The position numbers were made by a program, and so were the translations under genes. 62,000 nucleotides of DNA from Hyalangium minutum (GTDB taxonomy: Bacteria > Myxococcota > Myxococcia > Myxococcales > Myxococcaceae): contig NZ_JMCB01000005.1 of assembly GCF_000737315.1 (NCBI RefSeq), forward strand, positions 206,001-268,000, given 5' to 3'. Every line of letters begins with the position of its first letter. The first letter of the stretch is position 1. The notes beneath the pieces are model-generated. The model was not told the origin of the DNA and did not search any database. It worked only from the letters and a program-made list of their open reading frames with translations. Of the stretch, positions 57,635 to 62,000 are shown piece after piece.

Positions 57635-59534
57635 TCACGAGAGAAGCTCCGGCGGGTTGCAATGCGTCTTGTGGGGGAACTGCCGCTGTTGCCGGGCGCT
57701 GGTCTCAAGAACCTGTCTGACAAGTAGACCACCTCGCTTCAGGCTCTTGGGAAAGGGAGTCAACTGGAGCCCTGCAGCGGTCTGGTAGCACTCTGGACCT
57801 GGGGGATCGTGTGTGCGGCAGCCGACCCATGAGGTAGGTTCTATCCCTGCAGAGGAAGCTCAGCCTGCAGGGAGCGAAAGATGGACGTGCCGCTGCTCGA
57901 TGCGGATGCGGACGTGAGGAGCCTTCCGCATGGGACGAGGGTTGGACCCTGGCGGCTGAAGGGGGGACGGGGTATCGGGGCTTACGGCGCCGTGTACCGC
58001 GCTGAGCGGGTGGGCCACGAGGAAGCGGGAGATGCTGCCCTCAAGATGGCCCTCCACCCCAGGGATCCTCGCTTCAAGAGGGAAGCAGAGATGCTGAGGC
58101 GGACGCGTCATCCGAATGTACCGCGCCTGCTCGACAGCGGAGAGTGGCGGCATCCGAACGGCTTCCACCATCCGTTCATCGTGATGGAGCGCATCGATGG
58201 TGAGCCACTCTACGCGTGGGCCGAGCGCCGCAACCCGGACACGAGGCAGGTGCTGCGGTTGTTGGCTCAGGCCGCTCGGGCCCTGCAAGCTACGCATGAG
58301 GCGGGGGGAGTGCACCGGGACGTCAAGGGCGACAATGTCCTGGTTCGGCCCGTGGATGAATGGCTCTTCCTGATGGACTTCGGAGCGGGGGATTACGTGG
58401 GAGCAGAGCGGTTGACCGCCTCCCGCCTGCCGCCAGGAACTCCGCCCTACCGCAGCCCTGAGGCGTGGGCCGCCAGCAGAAACCCCTGGAGGAAGCCGCA
58501 CGAGCGATATGTTGCCGGGCCCGCCGATGATGTGTTCGCCTTGGGTGTCATGGCCTACCGGTTGGTGACAGACGAGTATCCGCCCTTCACGGATGCGAGC
58601 AGCGAAGAGGGCCAGTGCTGGCAACCTGGGGGCAGTGGGCCTCGGCCGCCAAGCGAGGTGAATTCCCGAGTGGGCCCCGAACTGGATGCCGTCATCCAAC
58701 GCATGCTGTCGCTGAACCCGAAGAAGCGGGGAACCGCCCAGGAGTTGGCGGAGGTAATGGAGCAGAGCGCCGCGCAGGTCCGTTCCGTGTCGGGCGAAGG
58801 CTTGTTCCAGTGGGAGACGCCGCAGTCCTCTGCATGGTCCCACGGGGAGGCGACCGACGTCGAGCGGCTCGGGCATCGCTTGCGGCGAAGAAACAGGAAG
58901 GCGGTGCTCGCGGCGGTGGACGCGGACGCCACCAAGAGAGCAACGGTCCATCGTCAGCAGGCAGTGGCAGGCGCCAAGACCGCGCTGCGTGGTGAGCGCG
59001 AGGTGTTGAGGGCACAGGGCCTGTCTGGGTTCGCCTTGATGGCGGCGACGGCCCTGGCGGTCCTGTTGTTATGGCTGCAGCAGCGGGAGTCCCTGAGTTC
59101 CCAGGAGGGAGTACCTGTTGCTCGCGGCACGCGCTCGGGGGAGCAGCGCGATGGAGGAGTCACCCACGTAGGGGACACCGCAGTGTCCGCTGTCTCCTCT
59201 GGTGAGCAGTCTCCGATGGGCAAGGGTGTTGCGGTCGAAGCGCCGCCCAAGCCTTTCCCAGGCCAGCTCAGGCCTGATCTCAACGGCCGCTGCCGGAAGG
59301 GGCAGTATTCGATCAACGGAGGGTGTTGGCTGAGAGTGGAGGTGAGTGACTTGGAGGACTGCAAAGGCGTCAAAAACGGCGTTGAGTTCGAGCAGTCCTG
59401 CTACACGCCGATTTTCCCTTCCAAACGAGAGCCGACCTCTGCTCCCGTGAGTCCCGTAGAACCGGAGCGTTGAAGCTCAGTCTCATCAGGCCGTTCACTT
59501 CTGGGGCTCCAGCACGAACAACTGGCCCTCAGTG
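57599..59534. mobile_element. putative non-autonomous integrated cassette carrying one kinase
   Basis: 31-bp direct repeat (28/31 identical) at 57599-57629 and 59504-59534, 1905 bp apart; no integrase inside. Confidence 0.55.
57881..59473 (+). CDS. membrane Ser/Thr kinase with 4-Cys C-terminal domain (paralog B)
   Basis: GIGAYG, AALK, HRDVKGDN, DFG, DVFALG; TM GFALMAATALAVLLLWL; C..GGCW..C..CYTP. Confidence 0.92.
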   Translation: MDVPLLDADADVRSLPHGTRVGPWRLKGGRGIGAYGAVYRAERVGHEEAGDAALKMALHPRDPRFKREAEMLRRTRHPNVPRLLDSGEWRHPNGFHHPFIVMERIDGEPLYAWAERRNPDTRQVLRLLAQAARALQATHEAGGVHRDVKGDNVLVRPVDEWLFLMDFGAGDYVGAERLTASRLPPGTPPYRSPEAWAASRNPWRKPHERYVAGPADDVFALGVMAYRLVTDEYPPFTDASSEEGQCWQPGGSGPRPPSEVNSRVGPELDAVIQRMLSLNPKKRGTAQELAEVMEQSAAQVRSVSGEGLFQWETPQSSAWSHGEATDVERLGHRLRRRNRKAVLAAVDADATKRATVHRQQAVAGAKTALRGEREVLRAQGLSGFALMAATALAVLLLWLQQRESLSSQEGVPVARGTRSGEQRDGGVTHVGDTAVSAVSSGEQSPMGKGVAVEAPPKPFPGQLRPDLNGRCRKGQYSINGGCWLRVEVSDLEDCKGVKNGVEFEQSCYTPIFPSKREPTSAPVSPVEPER

Positions 59535-60352
59535 TCGAGGAACTTCGTCTCCCTGCCGCGCGGCAGTCGGAGCTTCACGTGGCGGCCGTTCCACTCCGCC
59601 GTGTGCCCGTCCGAGAAGCTCCGCCCGGACGTCCGCAGATAATCCAGCAGGCCGGAGAACATCCCGAACGTCTCTTCTCCCTCGGCGTGGCTCCGCGCGT
59701 GCCAGGCCAGCTCCGGCAGCCCCAGCATCGGCGCTCCATATGTCCGCATCCACACCCCCGCCTCCCCCTCCACTTCCAGCTTTACGAAGCCTACGTAGAG
59801 CGCCGTGAGCGGCATCGTCCGCAGCAGTTCCAGCAGGTCCTCTCCCTCCTCTGGAATCAACGCCTGCGCCGGGAACGAGGTGTGCGCGCTCTCGTTCAGC
59901 ACCACCAGCGCCCCCTCCTTCGCCAGCGCCACCGCCACCAGCCCCAGTGCCACGAACTGTTCCAGCCGGTCCGGCTCCTCCCCCGCGTAGAACAGCAGCG
60001 CGTGCGCCGCATGCGCCCGGGCCTGTTCCTTCAAGTCGGCCCCGAAGTGCGCTGGCCCCACGCACAGCTCCACCACCGCCCCCGGCATCGGCTTGCTGAA
60101 CACCACCACCTGCACCCCGTGCTTGCCCCACCGCGCCACGCCGACCTCGGCGCCCATCGTGGTGCTCGCCTGCCGGTCGAACTCGAAGCGCGCGCCGGAG
60201 AGCGAGGGGTGAAACCCCTGGAGCGTCCGCGACAGCACATTCACGTCCAGCCGCAGCGGGCGGGGAAGCAGGAGCTGGAGGCTCAACGGCGTCTCACGAC
60301 GCGGAGCCGCTTCCGTCTTCTGCCTTCCCAAGATTCGATCGAAGAAGCCCAT
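59495..60352 (-). CDS. DUF4261-like protein
   Basis: Start MGFFDRILG; WMRTYGAPMLGLPEL...F..LLDYL...G..F.DGHT pattern. Confidence 0.68.
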   Translation of the reverse strand: MGFFDRILGRQKTEAAPRRETPLSLQLLLPRPLRLDVNVLSRTLQGFHPSLSGARFEFDRQASTTMGAEVGVARWGKHGVQVVVFSKPMPGAVVELCVGPAHFGADLKEQARAHAAHALLFYAGEEPDRLEQFVALGLVAVALAKEGALVVLNESAHTSFPAQALIPEEGEDLLELLRTMPLTALYVGFVKLEVEGEAGVWMRTYGAPMLGLPELAWHARSHAEGEETFGMFSGLLDYLRTSGRSFSDGHTAEWNGRHVKLRLPRGRETKFLDTEGQLFVLEPQK

Positions 60353-60409
60353 GCCCCGGCGGCTTACCACACCCTCCCGAGGCATAGGCTCCGGTCTCAG
60401 TGGCTCCGA

Positions 60410-60940
60410 CTACTGGATGTAGCCGACGGTCTCGCCGCGGTCGAGGAACTCACCCTTGGAGGTGTAGCTGGAGTACCAGGAGGTGTTGTTCGTGCCGTAG
60501 CGGTCGTACTGCATGTGGGTGTGGGGGCCGGTGACGTTGCCCGTGCCGCCCTCGTCGCCAATCTGGCAGCGGTCGCAGGTCTTGTCGACCGAGGTGGGCT
60601 CCTTGAGGAAGTGCCACTGGCGGATGACGTAGTCATTCGCGAAGGTGTGCTTCACCTCGTTCTGGTTGCCGCTGCCGTTGCCGTAGCACACGACGGCGGT
60701 GGTGCGGATGGTGACGTTCCAGGACATCGAACCCACCACGCCCGTCTCGACACCCCAGTAGCCGCAAGCGTTGCGGCTGGAGATGTCCACCGCGCCGTGG
60801 AACGTGCCGCTCGAGTAATAGGTGGTGGCCGTCACATCGCCCGGGAAGGGCGAGCCCACCCGGTACGACGCGATCGCGACCGCGGGGATGAACGCCAGGG
60901 AGGCCAGCACTGCCATCGTTGTCTTCATCGTCTTGCGCAT
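60410..60940 (-). CDS. small secreted M23/LytM-type metallopeptidase
   Basis: Signal peptide; HGAVD (HxxxD), WHFL, IGDEGGTGNVTGPHTH (G.TG..TGPHxH). Confidence 0.78.
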   Translation of the reverse strand: MRKTMKTTMAVLASLAFIPAVAIASYRVGSPFPGDVTATTYYSSGTFHGAVDISSRNACGYWGVETGVVGSMSWNVTIRTTAVVCYGNGSGNQNEVKHTFANDYVIRQWHFLKEPTSVDKTCDRCQIGDEGGTGNVTGPHTHMQYDRYGTNNTSWYSSYTSKGEFLDRGETVGYIQ

Positions 60941-60986
60941 CGTTGTTCCTCTCGGGCCGGAAGTCCGGCCCCCGGGGGGAGGGGTA

Positions 60987-61994
60987 CTACCGAGCCTGCT
61001 GCAACCGCTGCTTCTCCCTCTGGATCAGGCTCCAATCCTGAAGGTTCATGTTGAGGACTCGAATCCAGGAGTCGATCTCCGGCGCGAGGCTCGGGTCGAC
61101 GCCGCGCAACCGCTGGAGCTCGGGCACCGCGCCGGCGAAGCCGAGCTGGGCGATGCTCTGGAGGATGGACTTGCGCACGGCCGTGTCCTGCTCGCCGCGG
61201 TACATGCCGAGCAGCGCCTGCCGGGCGTTGGTCATCTCCGCCACGGGCACGCCTCCGAGCGCGGTGGAGGCCGCCGCGCGAATCTCCGCGGAGTCGCTGC
61301 GCAGCAACTGCTCGAGCGTGCGGGCGGACCCGGCGCTGATCTCCCCCGTCATGAGCTGACCGAGGATCTGCGTCGTCACCTTCGGGTCCGAGGAGGCCAC
61401 CGCCGCCGCCGCGGCCACGGCGGTGTCCGCCGCCCGGGCGTCGCGCCCGCCGTAGACATGCCGGTTGTCCTCGACGAGGTTGGTCGCGGCCTCTTGGCGC
61501 ACCTCGGGCGAGGGATCTCTCACCAGCCGCTCGTACATGTCCCCCGTGCGCTCCAGGGCGCCGGTGCGCCGCAGCGCGCGGATCGTGGCGGCGCGAAGGC
61601 TCGGGTCCCTGTCCTCCAGGGCGCGCTTCGCGACGGCCTGCATCGCCTCGTCCTCCAGGCCCCGTTCGGTGCGCGCCACCAGGGCCGCCGCGAGGTGCTC
61701 GACCATGACGGGGTCGTACTCGCGCTCGAAGGCGGCCTGGAGCTCGGGGAGGGGCAGGTTGACGGCGGACTCGCGCAGGAGCGTGCGCAGGTAGAGCTTG
61801 TAGGCCTCGGACTTCGAGCCGAGCCCACGGCGGATGGAGCCCATCAATCCCTCGACCGAGCAGGTGCCGGCCTTGAGGGTGGGAGCCTCGGACGAGGAGG
61901 CCGGCGGCTCGGCCAGGGCCAGCGCCGGAGCGAGGAGGCCGACGGTGAGGGCCAGGGTGGGGAGCACATTCATGCGAGGGAAGAGGCGGGTCAT
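60987..61994 (-). CDS. secreted HEAT-repeat protein
   Basis: Signal peptide ending ALALA; D.DPSLRAATIRAL, DPSPEVRQEAA.NL, SDSAEIRAAASTAL, E.DTAVRKSILQSI. Start 61994 or 61973. Confidence 0.8.
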   Translation of the reverse strand: MTRLFPRMNVLPTLALTVGLLAPALALAEPPASSSEAPTLKAGTCSVEGLMGSIRRGLGSKSEAYKLYLRTLLRESAVNLPLPELQAAFEREYDPVMVEHLAAALVARTERGLEDEAMQAVAKRALEDRDPSLRAATIRALRRTGALERTGDMYERLVRDPSPEVRQEAATNLVEDNRHVYGGRDARAADTAVAAAAAVASSDPKVTTQILGQLMTGEISAGSARTLEQLLRSDSAEIRAAASTALGGVPVAEMTNARQALLGMYRGEQDTAVRKSILQSIAQLGFAGAVPELQRLRGVDPSLAPEIDSWIRVLNMNLQDWSLIQREKQRLQQAR

Positions 61995-62000
61995 GGGGAG

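Noticed and set aside
1-62000. tRNA, rRNA, transposase, integrase or prophage genes
   Set aside because: None recognisable by eye; tRNAscan-SE, Infernal and ISEScan would be needed to exclude them.

Overview
High-GC myxobacterial DNA (Cystobacterineae-like, inferred from MYXO-CTERM, DUF2378/TIGR02265, SitA6/SitI6-type and expanded Ser/Thr kinase genes). The backbone is housekeeping and envelope genes: partial manC, argS, a two-gene RdgC-like pair, PMM/PGM, a ROK kinase, a sugar ABC operon, a P-type ATPase, a MarR-controlled RND/TolC pump, exbB-exbD-tonB and a 7-gene MoxR/DUF58/BatA-vWA/ABC operon. Three accessory patches interrupt it. (1) 21.7-24.8 kb: SitA6/SitI6-like toxin-immunity pair plus a membrane kinase and a 54-bp inverted repeat. 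(2) 43.4-44.9 kb: a decayed toxin/immunity stack between marR and tonB. (3) 57.6-59.5 kb: a lone paralogous kinase bracketed by a 31-bp direct repeat that duplicates the 3' end of the neighbouring DUF4261-like gene, an att-like signature with no integrase; this is the strongest candidate for an undescribed system. Other points: a tandem RCC1-propeller gene duplication that kept its terminator and a 17-bp leader motif, a kinase with the catalytic Lys replaced by Arg, and an M23-type peptidase paired with a secreted HEAT protein. I found no rRNA, tRNA, CRISPR array, transposase or integrase. Family names come from motif recognition, not from database searches.
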